A DNA stretch of 55,076 bases, taken from the NCBI GenBank assembly GCA_026986435.1, contig JALSOP010000037.1, positions 1-55,076 on the forward strand. The letters are read 5' to 3'. Source of the stretch: Desulfurococcales archaeon. Lineage in GTDB: Archaea; Thermoproteota; Thermoprotei_A; Sulfolobales; NBVN01. This document shows, in pieces, positions 37,372 to 47,093 of this stretch. The notes under the pieces were generated by a model. It was not told the DNA's origin. It saw only the letters and a program-made list of their open reading frames with translations, and did not search any database. How positions within the stretch are numbered: position 1 is the stretch's first letter; the number at the start of each line of letters is the position of its first letter. The position numbers and the translations under genes were made by a program.

Positions 37372-37554
37372 ATGGCGAAGAAGCCCCCAGTTAAGGTTAA
37401 AGACCCAACCACAGGGAAGGAGGTCGAGCTAGTGCCAGAGAAGGTCTGGGTCCTGGCTCCGCGCGGGAGAAAGGGCGTGAAGATAGGTCTGTTCAGATCC
37501 CCCGAGACCGGGAAGTATTTCCGCGCTAAGGTGCCTGACGACTACCCAGTCTGA
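37372..37554 (+). CDS. creN7: Chromatin protein Cren7
   Basis: [41 protein letters not shown]. Confidence 0.97.
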   Translation: MAKKPPVKVKDPTTGKEVELVPEKVWVLAPRGRKGVKIGLFRSPETGKYFRAKVPDDYPV

Positions 37555-37622
37555 GTCACAATTGCAGAGAAGTTTTTAGCCTATAATCTTCAAAGTTTTT
37601 GCTCGTCCCTAACCTAAGTTTT

Positions 37623-38168
37623 ATGGTGAGTAGTGTGTCGAGGCTCCTCATTATCTCAGACACTCACGACAACCTAGCAGCAATAGACGACCTCATTAAA
37701 TGCCTCAAGATAGGGGGCTATACTTACGACTCGGTCATACATCTCGGCGACATAGTCTCACCTTTCACGCTAAGGAAACTCATCAATGAGCTTGAGGCAC
37801 CCATGACAGCGATTTTCGGAAATAATGATGGTGATAAGCCCCTCCTTAAGAACATCTTACCAGGCATTGCGGACCCACCAGTAACGGTAGAATGGAGAGG
37901 GCGTAGGGCCCTCTTACTCCACGGTTTTAAGTCCCCAGAAATGACCGAGTTCTTCGTGAACTCTTTAGCGAGTGGTAGGGCGTATGACATAATACTATAC
38001 GGCCATACACATTTGGCCAGGGTCACGAGGATAAACAACACATTAGTCATTAACCCCGGCACGGTCTCCGGCTATGTCAGCGGTAAGAGGACATTCGCTA
38101 TCCTAGACACTGAGAAGCTAGACGCGGAGATCGTGGACATAGATCGATGCCTTACGAAAGAGTTGTAG
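37623..38168 (+). CDS. YfcE/MJ0936-family metallophosphoesterase
   Basis: ISDTHDN, HLGD, GNND, LLHG, YGHTH, INPG. Confidence 0.92.
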   Translation: MVSSVSRLLIISDTHDNLAAIDDLIKCLKIGGYTYDSVIHLGDIVSPFTLRKLINELEAPMTAIFGNNDGDKPLLKNILPGIADPPVTVEWRGRRALLLHGFKSPEMTEFFVNSLASGRAYDIILYGHTHLARVTRINNTLVINPGTVSGYVSGKRTFAILDTEKLDAEIVDIDRCLTKEL

Positions 38169-39828
38169 GGGGTTCGGGGAACGATACGGGTAGCGCCATC
38201 TGCTCCGGTGCTATCCTTACTATGCCCTCACCTCTCTCAAGCACGTTCACGAGGTCCATGATCTCCTCACTGATCTTTACATACCTTTGCACACTGTCCC
38301 AGTATTCGGGACTAGGAGAACTCATCGCTATGAAGAGCCCGGCGTCAGACGAGAGCCCGGGTTCCCTGTCTATGTCCTCGATCCGCTGAGTTGCCACAGC
38401 TACTGAGACGCCGTAACTGCGGCTAATCCTCATCAGATCTGATACGAGTCCAGGGATTCCGAGGTAGATCCAGGCCTCATCAAGCAGGAGTAGGCGCCTG
38501 ATCCTCCCGTCTCCTGCCCTGAGCAGACCCATCTTCATCGCGGCCTCCAGTACTAGGACTAATGTCCTCACGAGCCTCTCGTTCCTGACGAAAACATCTG
38601 ATATGTCGATGACCACGTTTGAGTCCGGCTCAGAGAGCACCTCAATCAGGGGTTGCTGACCCGTGTCGAGGGAAGCCACTTGGTCGAGTATTTCCCTTAT
38701 TTTGTAAGAGGAATATTCGTCCAGTGTTAAGGAAGCAAGCGACGCGGCGTGCTCCAACGGGTGTTCGGCATTTATTGAATTCCTCAGCACATTGTAGAGT
38801 TTTACTCTCAGCCTCTCGTCTATCCCAAACGCTCTGCTGATGATCTCCGTGATGATGTGGGGGTTGCGGCTTTCTTTGAATATCCTGCTCAGCCCGAGCG
38901 ATACGTTCTCGAGTCTTACGATGCTGAACACCTCCCCTCTAGCACTCAAGCGCTCTGAGTACTCTCCCTTCGCGTCGATCACTATGTACCTGATTCCGTG
39001 GACCGTGTTCATCTCTGACGCTAGGTAAGCAAGTAACTCCGTCTTCCCTGAGCCCGTGGGTCCGACCACGACTATGTGGGGTGATGGGGCGTTCTCTAGG
39101 TTCCAGAACACCTCCTCTCCCGTGGAGAGGTTCTTTCCAAGGTAGACCCCGGCCTGCCTACCCCTCCTGTGGGTACCACGTATCAAGGCGGGCACTATGA
39201 ACGGTAGGTGATGTGTTGAGGCAGTCTTGATGAACCCCTTAACGATAGTTTTCCTTAGTAGCCAGCCAGTGAAGCCGCCTCCGATGTTGTCAAAGCCCCG
39301 AAAAAACACCTTTGCCGCAAGTCTGGCTTCCAATCCACCGACGTTCTTGAGCCTAATACCTAGTGCCCGAAGCGAATCACTCAAGAGCTTAGCCCGGATC
39401 TCGGCCCTCTGTACCGCCTCCTTCTCATCCCGCGCACATGCCTCAACGGCGTAGAAAACAATAACCTCTAGTGGAGGTACTCCCTCCTTCAGTACGGTAT
39501 CACGTACCTTCTTTAACCTCGCCAGCTTCACACGAATGTCTGGCCTTGAGGGATTACTCTCCAGTTCTATTTCGAGTGCCTCTATGGCCCTTTCTAATCT
39601 CTTAACGTACTTCTCGAGTTCCATAGGTACGACATATGCCCTAACCTCCACCGGGAAACCGAGGTTGAGAGCACTGTGGTATGCCTTCAGTAATGTCTTC
39701 AACTCCTTGCCACTGGACTCGCTAAGTAGCGAAGAAAATCCTGCAGCTATCAGTAGCTTCTTCGCGCAGAACTGTTTTTTCTCACGAATAACTAAAATAT
39801 TGCCCCTTACCACCACGCCCTTAATCAT
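38152..39828 (-). CDS. HerA/VirB4-like P-loop ATPase
   Basis: SPHIVVVGPTGSGKT, VIDAKGEY, LLLLDEAW, RSYGV.VAVATQR, LERGEG; N-terminal coiled-coil domain. Confidence 0.85.
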   Translation of the reverse strand: MIKGVVVRGNILVIREKKQFCAKKLLIAAGFSSLLSESSGKELKTLLKAYHSALNLGFPVEVRAYVVPMELEKYVKRLERAIEALEIELESNPSRPDIRVKLARLKKVRDTVLKEGVPPLEVIVFYAVEACARDEKEAVQRAEIRAKLLSDSLRALGIRLKNVGGLEARLAAKVFFRGFDNIGGGFTGWLLRKTIVKGFIKTASTHHLPFIVPALIRGTHRRGRQAGVYLGKNLSTGEEVFWNLENAPSPHIVVVGPTGSGKTELLAYLASEMNTVHGIRYIVIDAKGEYSERLSARGEVFSIVRLENVSLGLSRIFKESRNPHIITEIISRAFGIDERLRVKLYNVLRNSINAEHPLEHAASLASLTLDEYSSYKIREILDQVASLDTGQQPLIEVLSEPDSNVVIDISDVFVRNERLVRTLVLVLEAAMKMGLLRAGDGRIRRLLLLDEAWIYLGIPGLVSDLMRISRSYGVSVAVATQRIEDIDREPGLSSDAGLFIAMSSPSPEYWDSVQRYVKISEEIMDLVNVLERGEGIVRIAPEQMALPVSFPEPPTTLS

Positions 39829-41959
39829 TGGTCTCCCCCACCTCGCTGGACAATTTCTCAGCAGTTAACACGGCAGCCAGCAGAGCACTCCGGATGAGTT
39901 CGTCCCTGGTAATGATGATTGGCCGCGGGTTCTCAAGTGCGAGATATACTCTGCATCCGTCAACCAAATCAAGCAGGCCCAGCCTGATCGCAACATCCTT
40001 TCCTGCCTCCGCAGACTCTCCGCACGTAACAGTGAGCCCCACGGACCCACTGACGCGGAGAACGCCGTCACCCCTAACCGTGATTTTTTCAACTCTGCCA
40101 TCGATCTCAGTGCATCTGAAATTCTCCGGAGTATCTGAGTCAGTGCAGCTAATCACTCTAGTGATCTCTGCTTCAAAGCCATCCTCAACGAGCGTAGCCT
40201 CTACCAGGGAAGGAAGTGGGCAGTGATCATTGTTGCCGAGCTCTATTATTCTTCCATCAGCGCACAGAATGCGCACCCTCCCCGGCGCCTCTATACCGTC
40301 TCTCTTAACTCTGATTATTGAGTCACGCACAATCTGATCTATTTTCGCCTCTCCCAACATAACCATAGAGCCCGGGATAACGTATTTCGTCCCGATCTCA
40401 TCTACTAACTCGAAGGATATAGGGACGGCCGTACCCGGCCTAGACCTACCAATGAGTAGGAACCTAACTGATCCATCTTCACTGTATACGCTACCGGCCT
40501 TGAATCCTGGAGGGACAATTACATGCACGCTCCACGCACCCGGTGATGTCTTAAGCATAGTGGCGTGACCTGCGATTGAGGCGTTCATTCTTGGCTCATC
40601 AATGACTCTTCCAACAATACTCGCAACAGCCTTCTCAATTACAAAGGAGTCGAGCCGAGGCGCTGAACTAGCTATCGTGATTCTCCGAGCAAATTCCGTC
40701 AGCGGCGACCTAATCATGATCACGGGTGACACAGTATCGCCTAACCTCATCGGCCTGAGATACAGATGTACGACGCCCTCCTTCTCGAGCCGGTGACCAC
40801 TCACATCGCCTATTACCTCGACCTCGGAGCACTTTCCCGGAAGCCTCACCCTTACCGTGGCATAGGTTTCTGCGTCAACGACGTTCTTCGTAACCTCGAT
40901 AGAGGGCTCAACCAGGGTGTGGGCCGAAGAAACTACGATGTAATCGTCGCTAATACACAAAAGTAAACCCTCATTGTTGGGTACGCACATCCTCGACTTG
41001 ATTGACGTCACTATTCCGGAGTTGTTAACGAGGACTACTTCCATGCCCTCGAATGAGTTAAGGGTCGCTATCTCGGCAGCGGAGAATGGGGTGAAGAAAC
41101 GATTAGTTAATCCCATCCACAGCCTCTCTTTGAGGATACCGCAGCCGATTTCACTCGTGCACAGTATTAACGAGTCGTTAAGGCATGCGGCTGACGGTGT
41201 GCCCTCGATGGGTATCAATGGGTCAATACCGTTGCTCGTAGCCTTAATGACGAAGCTCCCCTCATCGCTCCTGTACATTAAGTAATTGTCTCCTCTGCAT
41301 GAAGCGAGCGGGTAAGTAGGTGTGATCGGCAGATATATTGGGTTGCTCCCCGGATGCACGATCACCGATTCCTCGGAAGAGTTGATAACACAGAGACCCC
41401 TACTACACGAGACATTCCTCGGCCCCTTCAACTCTATATCGTGTTCTGCTGACTCACCCGTTAATGGGTCCCAAACCACCGCAGTACATCGCCTCTGGTT
41501 GCACCCCACTATCGCGGCGACGGTGTCGTCAGCGCTATGGTAGACCTTCCTAAGCTTCATCAAACCAGTTAAGGGGGTGTAAACAAGCACATAACTTCCC
41601 TTCGGGAATATGCCCGCTAACCTCCGCCCCCAGTTGATGGCTGCCATAGGCTCCTCGAGGCTTCTCGGGCTCCCTAGTAGTTCCCTCTTTAGATTCCGTA
41701 CTTCATCAAGAAGAACGGAATCACTGAGCAAGGGGGCGAGCTCCACCCTCTCTTCAAGAATCACTTTGAAGACACGTTTGGGATAATCCCCTCCAACGAG
41801 CGCATAGAACCTGTCGCTGATTGAACGAAACGATATGGGTGTTCTAGAAACATCAGGAGAGAGCTTGGCGCAGCCAAGGATTAGCGGGACCTTACCGCTC
41901 AAATCATCCCACCCCCTATCAAGATCATTAGCGATAACCCGGGAACAAGCCCAGAGCAT
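39821..41959 (-). CDS. Large hypothetical beta-rich, Cys-rich protein in pilus operon
   Basis: 712-aa ORF overlapping neighbours at both ends; no recognisable motif. Confidence 0.65.
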   Translation of the reverse strand: MLWACSRVIANDLDRGWDDLSGKVPLILGCAKLSPDVSRTPISFRSISDRFYALVGGDYPKRVFKVILEERVELAPLLSDSVLLDEVRNLKRELLGSPRSLEEPMAAINWGRRLAGIFPKGSYVLVYTPLTGLMKLRKVYHSADDTVAAIVGCNQRRCTAVVWDPLTGESAEHDIELKGPRNVSCSRGLCVINSSEESVIVHPGSNPIYLPITPTYPLASCRGDNYLMYRSDEGSFVIKATSNGIDPLIPIEGTPSAACLNDSLILCTSEIGCGILKERLWMGLTNRFFTPFSAAEIATLNSFEGMEVVLVNNSGIVTSIKSRMCVPNNEGLLLCISDDYIVVSSAHTLVEPSIEVTKNVVDAETYATVRVRLPGKCSEVEVIGDVSGHRLEKEGVVHLYLRPMRLGDTVSPVIMIRSPLTEFARRITIASSAPRLDSFVIEKAVASIVGRVIDEPRMNASIAGHATMLKTSPGAWSVHVIVPPGFKAGSVYSEDGSVRFLLIGRSRPGTAVPISFELVDEIGTKYVIPGSMVMLGEAKIDQIVRDSIIRVKRDGIEAPGRVRILCADGRIIELGNNDHCPLPSLVEATLVEDGFEAEITRVISCTDSDTPENFRCTEIDGRVEKITVRGDGVLRVSGSVGLTVTCGESAEAGKDVAIRLGLLDLVDGCRVYLALENPRPIIITRDELIRSALLAAVLTAEKLSSEVGETND

Positions 41960-43386
41960 ATCCTGTCAAATCCGGCCTTAGATACGAAGATCCCGAGAGC
42001 CGCTGATGAAGCTATGAGGTACCTGATAAGCAGTTTATCTACAGAGAGTAGCAGCTGTGTTGTTGATAGGAGGAGGAACGTGATCCCTATGCTCACGACC
42101 GCTAAACCCGCCCCTGTTATTATGAGCTTCCGGATGTCGGCTATCATGCTCTCAACAACGTCCTTAAGCAGTATCAGGGTCTCGCGCCTCACGTCCCCTT
42201 GAGAGAAGAGGTTGCTTATTGTGAAGTCGGTGAAACAGGTTATCCAGTAATGATACTCGTTGCATCTCCCTCTAGGGAAGCTTGAGAGAGTCCCTCCCAC
42301 GCTCTCCAGGTAGGCCCTTAGCCTGTTTATGTTGCCTACTGTAAGGAGGGGTATTTCGGAGATCGCCTTAATGACATTGTTTAGGGAGTGCAGTTCCTTT
42401 AGAGCACCCGATAATTCCTTAAGCCAAATAATGCCGGACAATATCAGCGTCAGCGCTGATGCTAGGAGGACGGGCTTACTGAGAAGGAGAATACCCGTAA
42501 ACAGTAGGATAATCCCAATAAGGAAGAGCGTGCCCTCCAGTTTGGAGCGCTTGTTACCTAGATGTATCATATGGCGGGGTAGCTTAGGTACGGAGGCGAT
42601 CCCTACCGGTATGAGTATTAGCATCAATGCTATGGCGTAAGATATGGCAGAGCGCCCAATAAGGTTGGTCATTAGTGATGCTATGGGTGGAACGTACCCT
42701 ATTAGGGCTGATAGGGCCACCGAGAACACGATCCTGGCTTTCACGGCGTCACGTGCCCTCTCCTTCAGAGTCCTTGTGTAGTACCTAAGTGAGTCAGTGA
42801 TCCACACGCCGCCGAGGCCCATGGAGTAGGCTGTCAGGTACTCCGAGAACGTCCTCCTAAGCTTAGTAGAGAATTTCTCACTCATTATCCGCAGGGACTC
42901 CATTATCCCGAAGACCGTCGAAAGAGCTGTGAGTCGGTCGCTGAACTTCAGGAGGGCGGGGAATATAGTCGATGCGTACTTCCTCCAACTCCCACCAAGC
43001 TCCACCACGTCTCTCCCAAGCTCCACGTCTGTACCCTGCGAGAGGCCCAGAGATATTATGAAGTACTCGAGCTCTGTAAGTACACGCGCTGAGTAGTTAA
43101 GCGCCCTGAGGTACCATATCGTCACGTAGGCCGCGGGCGGCAGAATTATTGAGAGGGCGATCAATAAGATCTCGTAACCGGGCGCTGCCTTAACAATGAA
43201 TGCGGTTAAGAGAATAGACAGTGAGTACGTGCCTGCAAGCCAGATAAGCACTTCTTTGTACGCTTCTCTCCCAATTTTTCTAGCGTTGCCGCTCCTAACC
43301 CTCAATTCCTCTATAAGCTCCACAAACGCTTGGAGACCACTGAGTAGTATACGAATTGTTCTCGAGTTAACGTTTTGTCTCTGCAT
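41899..43386 (-). CDS. Type IV pilus membrane platform protein (TadC/FlaJ-like)
   Basis: Multiple TM clusters separated by helical cytoplasmic domains; directly downstream of the secretion ATPase. Confidence 0.7.
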   Translation of the reverse strand: MQRQNVNSRTIRILLSGLQAFVELIEELRVRSGNARKIGREAYKEVLIWLAGTYSLSILLTAFIVKAAPGYEILLIALSIILPPAAYVTIWYLRALNYSARVLTELEYFIISLGLSQGTDVELGRDVVELGGSWRKYASTIFPALLKFSDRLTALSTVFGIMESLRIMSEKFSTKLRRTFSEYLTAYSMGLGGVWITDSLRYYTRTLKERARDAVKARIVFSVALSALIGYVPPIASLMTNLIGRSAISYAIALMLILIPVGIASVPKLPRHMIHLGNKRSKLEGTLFLIGIILLFTGILLLSKPVLLASALTLILSGIIWLKELSGALKELHSLNNVIKAISEIPLLTVGNINRLRAYLESVGGTLSSFPRGRCNEYHYWITCFTDFTISNLFSQGDVRRETLILLKDVVESMIADIRKLIITGAGLAVVSIGITFLLLSTTQLLLSVDKLLIRYLIASSAALGIFVSKAGFDRICSGLVPGLSLMILIGGGMI

Positions 43387-44632
43387 AGTCGATCATCCTC
43401 CTTGTTCCTATTTTGTATAACTTCCTTATGATGACCCTATTCGACGAGTCATCATAAACAGGTTTCTCCACTGACACCACAGTCCTTTGGAGCTTGCCAT
43501 CCCTGGTGGAGAAACCCATCACAATTATAGCGTCAAACATTGCGACCTGATACGGGCTGAGATCTATTGGTGGGCTCATGAGCCTTGTCACCACCTCCCG
43601 CGCGCTCCCGCCGTGGAACGTTGTCAGGCTCCCCAGACCCATATTCATTGCCTGTGGCAGCACCCGAGCCTCTCTGCCCCTCGTCTCGCCGATCACGATG
43701 TACCTGCTCACCGATGCCCTAAGAGCCGCTTTTGCTAGGCTCATCTGGTCAACGTCCCTACCAATGCCCCAGAGGCTCGCTGGGACAACGTACCTAACCC
43801 ACGCACTCCCCGGTAGCGGGTCTATCTCAGGCGTGTCCTCGATTATCACTATTTTCCATTCTTTCGGGATCAAGGAGTAGAGTATCGCTCTTAGGAGTGT
43901 GGTCTTGCCCGAGCCAGGCGGCCCAGCGATTATTATTGAGCCTCTTCTATCGATGATCCTCTTGATTAACCCAACGACCTCCGGAGAGAGTGTGTTTCTC
44001 TTGACCATCTCATCAAGGGAGATGCTACTGATGCCCCTCTTCTTCCTAATCACTATCTCGCCGTCCCCTCCAGTCACCTCAGGATGAACTAGGTGTACTC
44101 TGTGCCCTCCATCCTCCTCTGGGAGGTTGCCGTCAGCTATCGGGTTTAGGGGAGTAACTAGCTTCCCAATCTTCTCGGCAAGAAGTTCCATATACTCAAG
44201 AAACTCTGCCTGAGTCTTTATCGTGATATTAGTCGGGATGTAATCGGCTCCCGGGTCCCTCCGGAGTATCTCTGAGTGCCTGACCCACACGGTGCCGGGG
44301 CCGACGATGGATATGTCCTCTATGTAGGGATCATCTAGCAGTATCTGCAGCTTCTTATATCGCATCGTCCTCGAGATGCTCACGAGTTCACTGAACTTCG
44401 GCTTTTTGCCGGTCGTCCTCCGTATGGCCTTAATTAGATTGAACAGCGTGATCTTTCTCTCGTTAATTGACTCGATAGCCCTAACAATGTCCTCCCTGCC
44501 TAGCGCTTTGGGCTGATCAGTGACCAAGTATTTGTAGTTCTTGCCTATTTTCACAACCTGCACACGGGTGCTTGAGACTGTGTACTTGAGGATTTTCTCA
44601 TAAAAAGAAGTGCTCAACCCTGTACCCTCCAC
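43367..44632 (-). CDS. Type II/IV secretion (VirB11/CpaF/FlaI-like) ATPase
   Basis: LLDDPYIEDI, Walker A GPPGSGKTT, IIEDTPEI, ALRA, IGETRG.EA, TTFHG. Confidence 0.93.
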   Translation of the reverse strand: MEGTGLSTSFYEKILKYTVSSTRVQVVKIGKNYKYLVTDQPKALGREDIVRAIESINERKITLFNLIKAIRRTTGKKPKFSELVSISRTMRYKKLQILLDDPYIEDISIVGPGTVWVRHSEILRRDPGADYIPTNITIKTQAEFLEYMELLAEKIGKLVTPLNPIADGNLPEEDGGHRVHLVHPEVTGGDGEIVIRKKRGISSISLDEMVKRNTLSPEVVGLIKRIIDRRGSIIIAGPPGSGKTTLLRAILYSLIPKEWKIVIIEDTPEIDPLPGSAWVRYVVPASLWGIGRDVDQMSLAKAALRASVSRYIVIGETRGREARVLPQAMNMGLGSLTTFHGGSAREVVTRLMSPPIDLSPYQVAMFDAIIVMGFSTRDGKLQRTVVSVEKPVYDDSSNRVIIRKLYKIGTRRMIDYAETKR

Positions 44633-44647
44633 TCCTCAATGTCTTCG

Positions 44648-45088
44648 TTACAGTGGTATCTCCACGGTAGTCGTTTCGCCAGTATCCGAGGTTAAGGTAA
44701 TCACTACTAGCTGTGGCGATGTAACGCTGCCAGTTGCCACGATGACCAGTGTCTGCCCAGGACTCACCGACCCTCCTGCAGGTATCGTTGAGTACTGTGC
44801 GGAGGTGGTTGTTCCGTCGCTACTCACTAAGCTGACGTCGGTGACCTGGAAGTCTGAGTCGCTATTATTCTTCAGCTTGATCGTAACTGTCAGGGTGCCG
44901 TTTCTTAACTCTTTGGACGTTAGCGTACCCGATATTTCTGGTATTGCTGTCTGCTCGGACACCTTGCTTGCCTGTCCCTGTAGCCATGACTGCACGGCGA
45001 ACGCTACGGGTATAGCTATGGCGGCCATGACGAGCACAACTATTAGGTCGCTCACGCCTCTTCTCATCCTACGGGACCTTGCCCTCAT
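44648..45088 (-). CDS. Archaeal type IV pilin
   Basis: Class III signal RRMRRG|VSDLIVVLVMAAIAIPVAFAV; Ser/Thr-rich Ig-like globular domain. Confidence 0.88.
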   Translation of the reverse strand: MRARSRRMRRGVSDLIVVLVMAAIAIPVAFAVQSWLQGQASKVSEQTAIPEISGTLTSKELRNGTLTVTIKLKNNSDSDFQVTDVSLVSSDGTTTSAQYSTIPAGGSVSPGQTLVIVATGSVTSPQLVVITLTSDTGETTTVEIPL

Positions 45089-45169
45089 GGGGTTCCCCGT
45101 GAGTAGGTAGTGTTTTTAAAGTGTGCATGGGGGTGTTGGCTTAAATGATTAGCTGATTTCCTCCCTAGA

Positions 45170-45469
45170 ATGGTGCTGGTATTGAGCGGGGTTAGGGAGA
45201 GACTGAAGAATATCCTCTCCTCGATGAGGGGTAGGGTCGTAACCCCCGGCGACGTGGTTGCCCTCACCGGCCTGCCGAGGTATGAGGTGCTGGCTGCCTT
45301 CCACGTACTTGAGGCGCTGGGCTTCATTGAGGTAGTCCACGCTAAAGGAAATTACAAGATCTACAAACTCAGTGACCTCGGTGAGAGGCTCCTCGAAGCT
45401 CTTGAGGAAGCAGAGGAGTTCATGATCAGTATCGGGCAGGGCCAGCTGGAAGCGGAGGCAGGCACCTGA
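45170..45469 (+). CDS. Winged-helix DNA-binding protein
   Basis: TPGDVVALTGLPRYEV..AFHVLEALGFIE...KIYKLSDLG; divergent from the pilus operon. Confidence 0.8.
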   Translation: MVLVLSGVRERLKNILSSMRGRVVTPGDVVALTGLPRYEVLAAFHVLEALGFIEVVHAKGNYKIYKLSDLGERLLEALEEAEEFMISIGQGQLEAEAGT

Positions 45470-45506
45470 TCTTTTAAATTAATTCCATTTGGGGGTGTGA
45501 GCAATT

Positions 45507-45902
45507 TTGCTAGTCGAGCCTGCTAGGAATAGAGGTCGTATTCTTGTCATAGACTTGTCCAGTCCGAAAGATCTCTTCAGCCTCGCGGGTAGTGTCTCAT
45601 TTACATTAGAAAGTATAAAGAGTGAGAAAAGGTTAGTAAGCAATTACGCCAGGGCGGTCTCAGCGATCATGAAGGAGGCTAAAGGGACGGCTGAAGACGA
45701 GACGAACAGCGAAAGGGTGAGGAACGCCTCCTTTATCTTCCTGAGCATGCCGGATCCGACAATGATATCCACGGCCATAGGTGTGACGACCTTCATCGCC
45801 AGCAGGGGCCTTCACGCCCTGGAGCGCAGGAAGCACGGGTACATGGAAGTGTTTAAGGTGTACAGAAAAATAAGAATGGAATTATACGAATTAATCGACT
45901 GA
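45507..45902 (+). CDS. Hypothetical protein
   Basis: 131-aa ORF with GGGGTG SD, fills the gap between genes. Confidence 0.55.
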   Translation: MLVEPARNRGRILVIDLSSPKDLFSLAGSVSFTLESIKSEKRLVSNYARAVSAIMKEAKGTAEDETNSERVRNASFIFLSMPDPTMISTAIGVTTFIASRGLHALERRKHGYMEVFKVYRKIRMELYELID

Positions 45903-45909
45903 AGAACGC

Positions 45910-46299
45910 TCAGAACCTCCTCCTGAAGCTCTTTTCCGGTGCTTTAGGTCGTTCCTCTGGTACTTCCTCCTCTTTAGGCACTTCCTCGTCACCGATGCTC
46001 CGTATAGTGTTCCTACCACCTATATTGAGCTGTACCTCCCCTCTGTAGGCTGTTGTCCAGCCCCCCTTGATTTCTATTGCATCTCCTTCCTTAATGGTAC
46101 CAGCGGCTCTCCCCCAGAGCGTTAGTTTGACTCTACCAGTCTCGTCCCCCACGACTGCCTCACTAATTGTTCTCTCTCCTTTCTTTGTCTGGATTGTTTT
46201 CGGGGGGCTTGTCTCGAGAACCCTGACCTTTATGTCAACGTTTGACATCCCGGGTTTTAGATCCATGACCTTCTTGCTTTTGGACTCGTTTTCGTGCAT
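45910..46299 (-). CDS. ssb: Crenarchaeal single-stranded DNA-binding protein
   Basis: KVMDLKPGMSNV, TISEAVVGDETGRVKLTLWG, WTTAYRGEVQLN, charged tail. Confidence 0.95.
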   Translation of the reverse strand: MHENESKSKKVMDLKPGMSNVDIKVRVLETSPPKTIQTKKGERTISEAVVGDETGRVKLTLWGRAAGTIKEGDAIEIKGGWTTAYRGEVQLNIGGRNTIRSIGDEEVPKEEEVPEERPKAPEKSFRRRF

Positions 46300-46399
46300 G
46301 CCTACGATACACCACACAGACGATACGCTTCCTACGTGCTGATGGGGGTATTAAATACTTCCTTCAGAACAACAGGTATCTAAAAAAATGAGGTTCAGG

Positions 46400-46630
46400 T
46401 CACTCTTTTTCGACAGTGATGGCGCCAGTAGGACAGGCGGTTCTGGCCTGCTCTACACAATCCTCGAGATCCTCTGGAACCTCACCCTCCCACGGATTAG
46501 CACCGCGATACTGGTCTACTATCTGAGACTTTCCGTCTGGACCTGCCTCGAAGACCTGCGGACATAGAGCGTAGCACACGCCGTCGGAGATACAGAGATC
46601 CCAGTCAACCTTTACCTTAAGCTTGGCCAT
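46400..46630 (-). CDS. Single-cluster ferredoxin (CxxDxxC...CP)
   Basis: CISDGVCYALCP...ACPTGAI. Confidence 0.92.
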   Translation of the reverse strand: MAKLKVKVDWDLCISDGVCYALCPQVFEAGPDGKSQIVDQYRGANPWEGEVPEDLEDCVEQARTACPTGAITVEKE

Positions 46631-46759
46631 AGGTTTTCACCGTTGAAAGGTTCATGGCTAACTTATTAAAGATTCCCTGGATATAAGAGCATAAGTACTT
46701 AGGGTAATGATTTGGTGTCCAAAAAAGCTTAATAAGCGGACATAACTTCCAGTTTTCTG

Positions 46760-46858
46760 GGGCCCGTAGCTCAGCCAGGCAGAGCGCCCGGCACACCGGA
46801 TACCGGTGCGGGAATCATAACCGGGTGGTCCGGGGTTCGAATCCCCGCGGGCCCACCA
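46760..46858 (+). tRNA. tRNA-Ile2(CAT) with non-canonical 32/33 intron (46793-46814)
   Basis: GGGCCCG acceptor, CCCGG C|ACACCGGATACCGGTGCGGGAA|TCATAA CCGGG, BHB-like pairing; body resembles archaeal Ile2 more than elongator Met. Confidence 0.85.
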
Positions 46859-47093
46859 AGGATGCGTTAAGATAAATATTTCCTCATGAATTATAGAAAA
46901 CTAATAATATGGGCTTCATTGTAGATTAATAATATTATTAAGTTATTTTTAACGGAGTAAAATATTTATACATTTTAGCGATGTTGTGATTATTATTATT
47001 CTATCCACTGGCAACTTTTAATCTGTGCCTTAAGGCAACAAAGTTAAGGTTATATTTTTAATTTTAGCCACTGCTTGGTTCTCTGGGATAGCT

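Noticed and set aside
37250-37372. TGATGA/ATGATGA words upstream of creN7 as a possible C/D sRNA
   Set aside because: No properly spaced CTGA D/D' boxes; the region is better explained as the Cren7 promoter.
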